Made by a program: the position numbers and the translations under genes. Below are positions 9,032 through 17,288 of a stretch of DNA of 60,464 nucleotides, piece by piece. The stretch comes from Chitinophaga pinensis (GTDB taxonomy: Bacteria > Bacteroidota > Bacteroidia > Chitinophagales > Chitinophagaceae): contig CALRQQ020000001.1 in the NCBI GenBank assembly GCA_943370345.1, forward strand, positions 1-60,464. The letters are read 5' to 3'. Numbering within the stretch: the stretch's first letter is position 1; the number at the start of each line of letters is the position of its first letter. The notes under the pieces are model-generated. The model did no database searches and was not told the origin of the DNA. It saw only the letters and a program-made list of their open reading frames with translations.

Positions 9032-10141
9032 CTAATCCGGCATATAGTCATACGGCAACAGATCGGCCAGGTTCTTCCAGCTCCAGTAGCCCTGATTGAT
9101 CCAGTCCTTCTGGTCATAGTAATACCCATTCTCTGTGATCACAATGGTATCCCTGATATCAATATAGGAAGTGGCATAGGGCACACTCTTCGGCAGGTTC
9201 ATTTTTTTCAGGTATTCCGGCTCCGGACTTTTCTTCGTGTACATTACGCTGATCTTTCGCGGATACCAGATCTCGATCTGGTTGGTGCTGTCAAGTCCTC
9301 CGTAATAGGTGGTATCATAGGGGTCTTTGATCTTATTGAATTTTTTGTCATTGGTGGAATCCAGCAGGGAGATCACGAACCCGTCTTCGATCAGGGTGCT
9401 GTCATAATAACTGTGCATGAAATGAAGTTTCGAACCGCTGTAAGCCTCTTCGCGGGCTTTGGCCCATTGTTTTTTCAGACTGTCACTGCCGTCCATTTCC
9501 ATGAAAAGGCAATACCCGCGGTAGGTATTGATGCTGTTATTATAGTAGTACACAAACGAATCGAGCTGGTACCGAAGTTCATACCCTAATGCCCGGTTAG
9601 TGATCAGCAAAGCATCCGTCGCCACCACTTTCAGCCGGTTGGTCTTTTTATAAAAAAGGAATTTCAGTACTTCGGGATTATTCAATACACAATTGCGCGC
9701 ATTGGGTGTGCCGCCAATGAAGTTTTCCATAAAAAAGTCGCCATATTTCTGCCAGCCATCGGCCACTTCAAAGCTGCTTTTCAGGACCACTTCTTCCATA
9801 CTGTTGTCCTTTTTCACGAGCAGTACTTCCAGTTTGTTCTGCTCACTGATACGGATCGTTTGGGTATGATACCCCGTATAACTGAAGACCAGATCGTACC
9901 CGCCCGATTTCAGGCTGAGATGAAATTCGCCTTCTTTGTTGGTGAGGGTCCCGAGAGTGGTGTTCTGGCAGAATACCGAGGCCTTGGATAAAGGTTCTCT
10001 TGTGGCGGAATCGAGGATCACCCCGCTGATATCAAACTGGGCATGTAACAGGAAAGAAAAACAGGTGAAGAGCAGCACCAGTACGGTCCGGCGTTTTTGC
10101 ATGGGCATATGATTATGGACTAAAGATAGTTTTCTGTTCAC
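9032..10141 (-). CDS. Carboxypeptidase-regulatory-like domain protein (exported)
   Basis: Signal peptide, then ISGVILDSATREPL...GTLTNKEGEF...FSYTGY. The true start is probably M12 or M14. Confidence 0.75.
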   Translation of the reverse strand: MNRKLSLVHNHMPMQKRRTVLVLLFTCFSFLLHAQFDISGVILDSATREPLSKASVFCQNTTLGTLTNKEGEFHLSLKSGGYDLVFSYTGYHTQTIRISEQNKLEVLLVKKDNSMEEVVLKSSFEVADGWQKYGDFFMENFIGGTPNARNCVLNNPEVLKFLFYKKTNRLKVVATDALLITNRALGYELRYQLDSFVYYYNNSINTYRGYCLFMEMDGSDSLKKQWAKAREEAYSGSKLHFMHSYYDSTLIEDGFVISLLDSTNDKKFNKIKDPYDTTYYGGLDSTNQIEIWYPRKISVMYTKKSPEPEYLKKMNLPKSVPYATSYIDIRDTIVITENGYYYDQKDWINQGYWSWKNLADLLPYDYMPD

Positions 10142-11145
10142 TACGGTTGCACGGCAGGAATAGTGCCAAGGTAGTTTTTACAGGCTCTATTTATGGTTTC
10201 TTCCAGCGGGGTAAAGGAAAAACCCGGCAAGGCCCTGAGGATTTTATCGTTTTCAAACCAGGTCTGACTGATCGCCACTCGTGCACTCTCCCGGGTCAGT
10301 AAGGGCCGCTTACCGGTGAAAAAAGATTTTACTTTTTCCATCCGCCAGGAAATATCCAGTAATCCGGGAGTAGCTTCCTTATACGGCGGCTTTTTTCCGA
10401 AGCTGGCCGCAATGGTTTCCTGCAAACGACGGAAGGGCCAGTTATCACCCGTTACCACATAGCGTTGTTCACTGATCCCGGCTTCCATCAGTCCCACGGT
10501 GGCTCGGGCCACATCCTGTACATCCACAAATCCGTTGATCCCCGATGTATACCATTTGAAACCTTCGTACACCTGTTTGAAGATCGCACAACTGCTCTGG
10601 TGCCAGTCGCCATAACCCAGTATCGTACCTGGATTGAGAATCACGGCATCCAAACCTTCACTGATCCCTCTCCAAACCTGTAGCTCGGCTTTGAATTTAC
10701 TTTTGGCATAATGAGTATTGACTTTATTGTCTTCCCATTTCTTTTCTTCATTCACCGCACCACCATTTACATTGCGTCCCAGCGCAGCAATGGAACTGAT
10801 ATGCACCAGCTTTTTTACATGTTTCTCCAGGGCAATATTCACCACATTCGCGGTGCCTTCCACATTCACCTGGTACATCTGGTCCCGTTCTTTTTTTACA
10901 AAGGAAACAATGGCAGCGGAATGGATCACGGTATCGATGTCTTCCATGGCCTCTTCGAGCGATACCACATCAAGAATATCGCCTTCCACCCATTCCACCT
11001 GTTGGAGTAAAGCAGCCGGGATCCAGCCCGGAACTTTATTGCCCCGGCGGATCGCACGGACCGTATAGTTATTCTTCACCAGTTCACTGATGATATAAGA
11101 ACCCAGGAATCCGGTGCCGCCGGTGACCAGTATTTTTTTAGACAA
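10141..11145 (-). CDS. NAD-dependent epimerase/dehydratase
   Basis: TGGTGFLG, HISS and YAKSK motifs. Confidence 0.9.
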   Translation of the reverse strand: MSKKILVTGGTGFLGSYIISELVKNNYTVRAIRRGNKVPGWIPAALLQQVEWVEGDILDVVSLEEAMEDIDTVIHSAAIVSFVKKERDQMYQVNVEGTANVVNIALEKHVKKLVHISSIAALGRNVNGGAVNEEKKWEDNKVNTHYAKSKFKAELQVWRGISEGLDAVILNPGTILGYGDWHQSSCAIFKQVYEGFKWYTSGINGFVDVQDVARATVGLMEAGISEQRYVVTGDNWPFRRLQETIAASFGKKPPYKEATPGLLDISWRMEKVKSFFTGKRPLLTRESARVAISQTWFENDKILRALPGFSFTPLEETINRACKNYLGTIPAVQP

Positions 11146-11201
11146 ATGAAGCGTTTATCAGGTGATTGAAGGAGCGAAGATAATCCATGCTGCGTTTCAC
11201 T

Positions 11202-12050
11202 TTATTCGTATTTGTAAAAGCCTTCCCCGGTTTTCTTACCCAGGTTACCCTGTTTTACTTTTTCTTCCTGCAATGGGGAGGGTTTCAGCCGCTCCGGCCG
11301 GTTCAATTGTTCCCAGACAGAACAGCTTACGGCATAATTGATATCGTGTCCGATCAGGTCCATCAGTTTGAACGGCCCCATTCTGAACCCGGTAGCCTCA
11401 AGTAATCTGTCGAGCTGTTCCGGATCGGTATGACCAGCTTCGAGCAGCCGCAGCGATTCAATATAATATGGCCGGGCTACCCGGTTCACAATGAATCCGG
11501 GAGAGTCGGTACAGACCACCGGCGTTTTATTTAGTTGCCTTGCCAGCGCGATAATGGTTTCCGTAGTCGCCTCACTGGTCATCGGGGTATTCACCACTTC
11601 CACGAGTTTCATGATCGTGGCGGGATTGAAAAAATGCATCCCGATCACCCGGCCCGGGTGCAATACTTCTTTTGCAATAGCGGTAATGGAAAGGGAGGAG
11701 GTATTGCTGGCAAAGATCACATCACCATGATTCAGCTCAGCCAGCTGATTGAAGAGGGCGATCTTCAGTTCAGGTTTTTCCACGATGGCCTCAATAAACA
11801 CATCGGCCAGGCAACTTTGCAGGTCATCCGTAAAACGGATCAACCCATAGATCTTCTCTTTTTGCTCAGCCGGCATTTTTCCCTTCTCCACCAATGACTG
11901 CAGGTTCCGGGCAATACCGGTTTTTGCTTTTTCAAGTACGGGTTCATTCACCTCATACAGGATCGTGGCAAATCCGGCCTGAGCTGCAGCCTGTGCAATG
12001 CCACTACCCATGGTTCCCGCCCCGCAAACACATATACTGTTGATCTCCAT
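11202..12050 (-). CDS. 3-hydroxyacyl/3-hydroxybutyryl-CoA dehydrogenase
   Basis: GAGTMGSG, SNTSS, GMHFFNP, PGFIVNR and MGPF motifs. Confidence 0.92.
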   Translation of the reverse strand: MEINSICVCGAGTMGSGIAQAAAQAGFATILYEVNEPVLEKAKTGIARNLQSLVEKGKMPAEQKEKIYGLIRFTDDLQSCLADVFIEAIVEKPELKIALFNQLAELNHGDVIFASNTSSLSITAIAKEVLHPGRVIGMHFFNPATIMKLVEVVNTPMTSEATTETIIALARQLNKTPVVCTDSPGFIVNRVARPYYIESLRLLEAGHTDPEQLDRLLEATGFRMGPFKLMDLIGHDINYAVSCSVWEQLNRPERLKPSPLQEEKVKQGNLGKKTGEGFYKYE

Positions 12051-12113
12051 TTTGCTGATTATGGAGTAAAGATAAAAGATTTGGGAGCTTTGGCTTAACT
12101 TGAAGCCATGATA

Positions 12114-12281
12114 AAGTACGAGGTACGAAGTACGAAAGAGATACCGTAAAACGAGTAACGATTCATTATTTTAGCATAGGCCTTCTAAGGAGGTCCTAAT
12201 ACCTAACAACTAACAGTGAACACCTGTTCTCAGGATGGGCTGTTCCCTGACATCTGACATCCGGCAACTGACAACTTAAAG
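12114..12281. repeat. Composite heptamer-repeat element, copy 2
   Basis: 3x ARGTACG (12114-12134); segment 12128-12193 is 56/66 identical to 175-240; CTAACAA-like units (12196-12223); CTGACAT-like units (12247-12281). Confidence 0.85.
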
Positions 12282-12300
12282 CCAACTGATATAAAACAAC

Positions 12301-13191
12301 ATGAAGCCCACTCTTTTCCTGCTATTCTTCTTCATCCAACTATCCCTTTTCTCCCAAACCCGCCAGCGCTGGGAACAGGTGGTCAATTGGGACGGGGTCA
12401 GCCATTGGTCAAGGTATATGATCACGTTACCTGCATTTCAGGGACCCAATTCATTGCCGGTACCACAGTTGGGTAACGGGCGGATCGACACTAACTCCTA
12501 TATCGGAGCTTCCGGGGCTTTTCATATTACAGAAGGTGATCACACGCAGAATGTGGTGATCAACGGACATATCGCTGTTGTAAAGGATGTGGTAGGTGTG
12601 GAACTGACCTGGATCCCCTGGGAACGATACAATATGAGTACGGCCATAAAGGAAAAAAGGCATGTATATCATGAGTTCTGGAATGATAAAAAGGCAGCCG
12701 GGGATCTTATCCTCAACACCAATTTCAGGGTATTGAAAAAATGGGCGCCCGTCATGGACCTGATTTTACAGATCGGTTATCGTATGCCTTCGGGCACGGA
12801 TTATGGGTCGGCCCGTTACAGTGACGGACCCGGTTATCATTTTGCCATCAATATGGGGAAACCTCTCAATAAAGCAAAGACGCTCAAGCTGACCGCCATG
12901 GCCGGTTTCCTGGTCTGGCAGATCGAATCCGATATATTCAAACAGGATGATGCCTTTTTATTCGGGGCCGGACTCGAGTATCGTAAAAAGAATTTCAGTC
13001 TGCATACCAATGTAGCCGGCTACCTCGGTTATCTCGAAAATCAGGGTGATAAACCCGTTGTCTTTCGCACCCGTGCGGAACAACAATTTAAAAAGATGAA
13101 ACTGGTGCTGGGCTTCCAGCAGGGACTCAATGATTTTGACTACAGCAGCTTCGATGCCGGTCTCCGCTTCAATTTCAGACACAACAACTGA
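12301..13191 (+). CDS. Hypothetical exported protein, probable outer-membrane beta-barrel
   Basis: Signal peptide, alternating amphipathic strands and a C-terminal ...AGLRFNF motif. Confidence 0.65.
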   Translation: MKPTLFLLFFFIQLSLFSQTRQRWEQVVNWDGVSHWSRYMITLPAFQGPNSLPVPQLGNGRIDTNSYIGASGAFHITEGDHTQNVVINGHIAVVKDVVGVELTWIPWERYNMSTAIKEKRHVYHEFWNDKKAAGDLILNTNFRVLKKWAPVMDLILQIGYRMPSGTDYGSARYSDGPGYHFAINMGKPLNKAKTLKLTAMAGFLVWQIESDIFKQDDAFLFGAGLEYRKKNFSLHTNVAGYLGYLENQGDKPVVFRTRAEQQFKKMKLVLGFQQGLNDFDYSSFDAGLRFNFRHNN

Positions 13192-13231
13192 TCCTTTCTT
13201 TACTATAAATACCGGATAGAAGAAACTGCAT

Positions 13232-13281
13232 CCGTGGACCTGCCTTTGCCGGCAGGCAGGCTGTCGACTGTCGTCTGTGGT
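13232..13281. repeat. Heptamer array (CYGTSGW) interrupted by a 22-nt palindrome
   Basis: CCGTGGA [CCTGCCTTTGCCGGCAGGCAGG 13239-13260] CTGTCGA CTGTCGT CTGTGGT, directly after the pheS stop. Confidence 0.75.
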
Positions 13282-13287
13282 TTCTCC

Positions 13288-14316
13288 CTATATCGCCGAA
13301 GTAAACTGCTTCAGAAACCGTACATCATTCTCTGAGAACAACCGCAGGTCATTCACGCCGTATTTCAGCATAGCGGGCCTTTCGATCCCCATACCAAAAG
13401 CGAAACCGGTGTATTTGTTCGGATCGATACCGCAATTGCTCAGTACATTGGGATGCACCATGCCGCAACCGAGGATCTCCACCCAACCGGTTTTCTTGCA
13501 GATATTACAGCCGCTGCCACCGCAGATAAAACAGGTCACGTCCATCTCTGCACTGGGCTCAGTGAAGGGGAAGTAGGAGGGACGGAAACGGACTTTCACA
13601 TCCTTGCCATACATTTCTTTTACGAAGAAGTATAAAGTTTGTTTGAGGTCAGCGAACGATACGTTTTCATCAATGTATAGTCCTTCCACCTGGTGGAAGA
13701 AGCAATGGCTCCGGGCGCTCACTGTTTCATTCCGGTATACCCGTCCGGGCATCAGCATACGGATCGGCAGTTTCCCTTTTTCCATTTCACGGATCTGTAC
13801 ACTGGAGGTATGCGTACGCAGTACCCAGTCAGGGTTCTGCTGAATATAAAACGTATCCTGCATATCACGCGCCGGGTGATGGGCGGGCAGGTTAAGCGCG
13901 CCGAAATTGTGCCAGTCATCCTCGATCTCCGGACCTTCAGCCACGGCAAATCCGAGCCGCTGGAATATAGATACGATCCGGTTGCGCATGAGGGTCACCG
14001 GGTGACGGGAGCCGAGCGGCATGGTATCACCGGGCAGACTGATATCAATGGAGAAGCCAGTCTGTACGGCTCCGCTTGCAGCGGCTTTCAGTTCCTCATA
14101 CCGGGCTTCGGCAAATTGTTTGAATTCATTCAGGATCTGTCCGGCTTCTTTCTTCTGTTCCGGGGCTACATTCTTCATTTCTCCCATCGTGGCTTTCACG
14201 ATGCCCTTGGTCCCCAGCCATTTGATACGGAACTCCTCCACCTGCTTCTCATCGGCAGCGGTAAAGGCAGTGATTTCGTTCTTATATCCGGCGATCTGGT
14301 TCAGCAAATTGTCCAT
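13288..14316 (-). CDS. pheS: Phenylalanine--tRNA ligase alpha subunit
   Basis: HPARDMQDTF, LRTHTS, FHQVEG, YFPFTEPS and FAFGMGIER. Confidence 0.97.
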   Translation of the reverse strand: MDNLLNQIAGYKNEITAFTAADEKQVEEFRIKWLGTKGIVKATMGEMKNVAPEQKKEAGQILNEFKQFAEARYEELKAAASGAVQTGFSIDISLPGDTMPLGSRHPVTLMRNRIVSIFQRLGFAVAEGPEIEDDWHNFGALNLPAHHPARDMQDTFYIQQNPDWVLRTHTSSVQIREMEKGKLPIRMLMPGRVYRNETVSARSHCFFHQVEGLYIDENVSFADLKQTLYFFVKEMYGKDVKVRFRPSYFPFTEPSAEMDVTCFICGGSGCNICKKTGWVEILGCGMVHPNVLSNCGIDPNKYTGFAFGMGIERPAMLKYGVNDLRLFSENDVRFLKQFTSAI

Positions 14317-14339
14317 GGGGCAAAGATACGGAGGGAGAG

Positions 14340-14430
14340 GGAGAGTGGAAAGTGGAGAGTGGAGAGTGGAGAGTGGAGAGTGGAAAGGGAGGGAGAGAGA
14401 ATAGAGAGTAGTAAATAGAGAATAGGAGGC
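14340..14430 (+). repeat. Purine-rich heptamer arrays left of the four-helix-bundle gene
   Basis: 7x GGARAGT-like (14340-14388), then AGAATAG AGAGTAG TAAATAG AGAATAG GAGGC (14398-14430). Confidence 0.9.
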
Positions 14431-14484
14431 GACGGGCTAACAGTTATTAGCCGTAAATCCTTATGTTGCGGCAAACCTTATTTT

Positions 14485-14841
14485 ATGTTAGTATTGGCAC
14501 ATAAACAATTGGAAGTATATAAGCAAGCAAAGGAGTTGCTGATGTTGGTCTACTTGATAACATCAAAGTTTCCAAAGGAAGAGAAATATCTGCTGGTGAA
14601 TCAATTAAGACGGGCAGCTGTTTCTGTTTGCAGCAATATCGCCGAAGGATCCTCCCGGTTCTCTGACCCTGAAAAAAAACGGTTTTATGAGATTTCAAGA
14701 AGTTCTTTAGTTGAAATCGATACCCAAACGGATATATCGATTAGTCTTGGGTATATGAACCAGGAGGATCTGCAGCAAATAGAAGGATTGATGGAAGCCG
14801 TATTTAAGATGCTATCCAAAATGATTCGCAATCTCTCTTAG
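14485..14841 (+). CDS. Four helix bundle protein (23S rRNA IVP / TIGR02436-like, Avd-related fold)
   Basis: 118 aa with the family signature LEVY...FPKEEKY.L..QLRRAAVSV.SNIAEG..R...F.EISRSSL.E...Q. Confidence 0.9.
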   Translation: MLVLAHKQLEVYKQAKELLMLVYLITSKFPKEEKYLLVNQLRRAAVSVCSNIAEGSSRFSDPEKKRFYEISRSSLVEIDTQTDISISLGYMNQEDLQQIEGLMEAVFKMLSKMIRNLS

Positions 14842-14843
14842 GA

Positions 14844-14879
14844 GCCCCCCTATTCTCTATTTCCCATTTACTATTTTCT
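14844..14879 (+). repeat. Pyrimidine-rich heptamer array right of the four-helix-bundle gene (inverted copy of 14398-14430)
   Basis: GCCCCC CTATTCT CTATTTC CCATTTA CTATTTT versus the reverse complement of the left arm, GCCTC CTATTCT CTATTTA CTACTCT CTATTCT. Confidence 0.85.
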
Positions 14880-14893
14880 GTTATCTTGCAGCT

Positions 14894-16030
14894 ATGTCAG
14901 ACCACCTCAACATCTCCGACTTTCTCTCCCCTATAAACCTGCACGAACTCTCCAACGATGAGGGCTATAAAGACGGGCAGCTGGGAAAGATCATTGCCGT
15001 ATATGATGAAGAATTTCCTGATCTGGATGAGGCCCAGCTGGTGATTGTGGGATGCGGGGAACAACGGGGCAGCGGACTGATCCATGGGCAGAGCCCGGCA
15101 CCCGATATTATCCGCCGGCATTTTTACAACCTGTATTACTGGCACCAGGATATTAAGATCGCCGATGTGGGTAATGTGAAAGCGGGTTCCCTATTTACGG
15201 ATTCTTATGCCGCGCTTAAGACCGTGGTGCAGGAACTGATCGGAGATGGAAAGACGGTGATCATCCTTGGTGGTTCGCATGACCTGACCCTGGCACAGTA
15301 TTATGCCTATGCGGAGTTCCGCCGGACCATTGAAGCCAGTGCCGTGGATGCTAAAATAGACCTGAACCTGGATTCGCCTTTTAAGCATGAGAGTTTCCTG
15401 ATGGAAATGCTCACCGGAGAACCCAATTTTCTCCGGCATTATAACCATATCGCTTTCCAGAGTTATTTCGTACATCCCAAGATGCTCGAAACCCTGGATA
15501 AACTCCGATTCGATTGCTACCGCGTGGGTAGTGTGAAGGAGAGCATCGATGAAATGGAACCGGTGATCCGCAACAGCAATCTCTTCAGTTTTGATATCTC
15601 CGCCATCGCCAATGCCTATGCGCCGGCCAGCACCGTTTCGCCTAATGGACTCAACGGGGAAGAAGCCTGTGTACTGCTCCGCTATGCCGGTATGAGTCCG
15701 AATGTGAACACGATCGGTATTTATGGCTATGATCCGCGTCAGGATAAAGAAGATATGACGGCCAAACAGATCAGTCATATGCTCTGGTACCTCCTCGATG
15801 GCCGCAGCCGTGGCCGCCGCGAAGCCACTCTCGATGAGCGGGATTCCTTTAACGAATACCATATGGCTTTTGCCGAAGTGGATACCATTTTCCTGCAAAG
15901 CAAGAAGACCGGCCGCTGGTGGATGCAGCTCCCCGATAAAAAATTCATTGCCTGCAGTTATAAGGATTATCTGCTGGCGAGCAGCAATGAGATACCGGAG
16001 CGGTGGTTGCGGGCACAGGAGAGAAGTTAG
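14894..16030 (+). CDS. Arginase/formimidoylglutamase family protein
   Basis: ADVGN, LGGSHDLT, VDAKID, SFDIS and PNGL ureohydrolase-type motifs; Bacteroidota-type C-terminal KSKKTGRWWM-like tail. Confidence 0.82.
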   Translation: MSDHLNISDFLSPINLHELSNDEGYKDGQLGKIIAVYDEEFPDLDEAQLVIVGCGEQRGSGLIHGQSPAPDIIRRHFYNLYYWHQDIKIADVGNVKAGSLFTDSYAALKTVVQELIGDGKTVIILGGSHDLTLAQYYAYAEFRRTIEASAVDAKIDLNLDSPFKHESFLMEMLTGEPNFLRHYNHIAFQSYFVHPKMLETLDKLRFDCYRVGSVKESIDEMEPVIRNSNLFSFDISAIANAYAPASTVSPNGLNGEEACVLLRYAGMSPNVNTIGIYGYDPRQDKEDMTAKQISHMLWYLLDGRSRGRREATLDERDSFNEYHMAFAEVDTIFLQSKKTGRWWMQLPDKKFIACSYKDYLLASSNEIPERWLRAQERS

Positions 16031-16051
16031 TAGATAGCAGTTAGTAGTCTG
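16024..16051 (+). repeat. Short heptamer array overlapping a stop codon
   Basis: AAGTTAG TAGATAG CAGTTAG TAGTCTG; the first unit supplies the TAG stop. Confidence 0.6.
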
Positions 16052-16123
16052 TATTAAGAACGTTTTCTTCCGGGGTTGGACAATAGCGAAAATTCAGACA
16101 ATTTATAGTTTTAATATTCAGGT

Positions 16124-17173
16124 ATGAATGGGAATATAATTCGTGCAGGTATCTGTTCTTATGGCATGTCCGGTAAGTTATTTCACGCACCCTTTCTTCA
16201 CGCCCATCCCGGGTATGAACTGAAGGCAATTGTGGAACGGCATAACCATGATTCAAAAGAAAGATATCCGGATGCAAAGCTGTATCGCAGTGTAGAAGAG
16301 CTTTGTGCCGATCCGGAGTTAGATCTGATCGTGGTGAATACACCTACCCATTTGCATTATGAGCAGGCAAAGCTCGTACTGAACAGCGGTAAGCATATGG
16401 TGATCGAAAAACCATTTGCAGTGACTACAGCCCAGGCGGAAGAGATCACTAAACTCGCTGAATCAAAGAATTTATTTATCAGTGTATACCAGAACCGTCG
16501 TTACGATGGTGATTTCCGCGCGGTGAAGGAAGTGATCGATCGTGGTTGGTTGGGCGATTTAAGAGAAGCGGAGATCCGGTATGACCGGTACCGCCCTGCC
16601 TTCAGTGGCAAGGCTCATAAGGAAGGGGATATGCCCGGGGCAGGAATTATTTATGATCTGTCACCCCACCTGGTGGATCAGGCCATTCAGCTTTTCGGTT
16701 TTCCCAAAGCCATCTTCGCGGATGTTTGGCGGATGCGTCCCGATGTGGTGGCCAATGATTATTTCGAGATCCTGTTTTATTATGATACCCTGCGGGTTCG
16801 GCTCAAAGCCACTTGTATTGCCCGTGAATCCATCTATGCCTACACCATCCATGGAATGAAAGGTAGCTTTCTCCAGCAGCGTTCCGATATGCAGGAAATC
16901 AAATTACTGGAGGGGGTAAAGCCCTCACTTGACAACTGGTGCGAAGCCCCATCGAAACCCGATGGTTTATTACATACAGAGATCAATGGAGAAGTGGTCA
17001 GACAGGAAACCACGTCCGGTCCGGGTAACTATATGGGCTACTATGACGATGTATATAAGGCACTCACCGGGCAAGGACCAAATCCCGTACCGGCAGCGGA
17101 TGGGATCAGAAATATGCGGATCATTGATGCGGCGATTGAGAGTATGCGGGAGGGGAGGGTTGTGTCACTCTAG
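16124..17173 (+). CDS. Gfo/Idh/MocA family oxidoreductase
   Basis: YGMSGKLFHAP, VIEKP, YQNRRYDGDF and YDLSPHLVDQ. Confidence 0.9.
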   Translation: MNGNIIRAGICSYGMSGKLFHAPFLHAHPGYELKAIVERHNHDSKERYPDAKLYRSVEELCADPELDLIVVNTPTHLHYEQAKLVLNSGKHMVIEKPFAVTTAQAEEITKLAESKNLFISVYQNRRYDGDFRAVKEVIDRGWLGDLREAEIRYDRYRPAFSGKAHKEGDMPGAGIIYDLSPHLVDQAIQLFGFPKAIFADVWRMRPDVVANDYFEILFYYDTLRVRLKATCIARESIYAYTIHGMKGSFLQQRSDMQEIKLLEGVKPSLDNWCEAPSKPDGLLHTEINGEVVRQETTSGPGNYMGYYDDVYKALTGQGPNPVPAADGIRNMRIIDAAIESMREGRVVSL

Positions 17174-17215
17174 AGAGGCTAGAAGCGAGAAGCTAGAAGC
17201 GAGAAGCGAGAAGGG
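17174..17215 (+). repeat. Heptamer array AGAAGCK x6
   Basis: AGAGGCT AGAAGCG AGAAGCT AGAAGCG AGAAGCG AGAAGGG, immediately after the TAG stop; reverse complement of the unit at 251-278. Confidence 0.85.
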
Positions 17216-17288
17216 AAGGACAGTAGTTTATAAAAAGATATTTTATCTCACGCCGGGAATCAGGTATTAAAACTATCAAGTAACGATC

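Noticed and set aside
13693-14418. 241-aa and 127-aa + strand ORFs ending in ESGEWRV repeats
   Set aside because: Antisense shadows of pheS running into the GGAGAGT array.
14485-14841. Diversity-generating retroelement or 23S rRNA intervening sequence
   Set aside because: No reverse transcriptase, no TR/VR pair with A-specific mismatches and no rRNA sequence were seen in the window.
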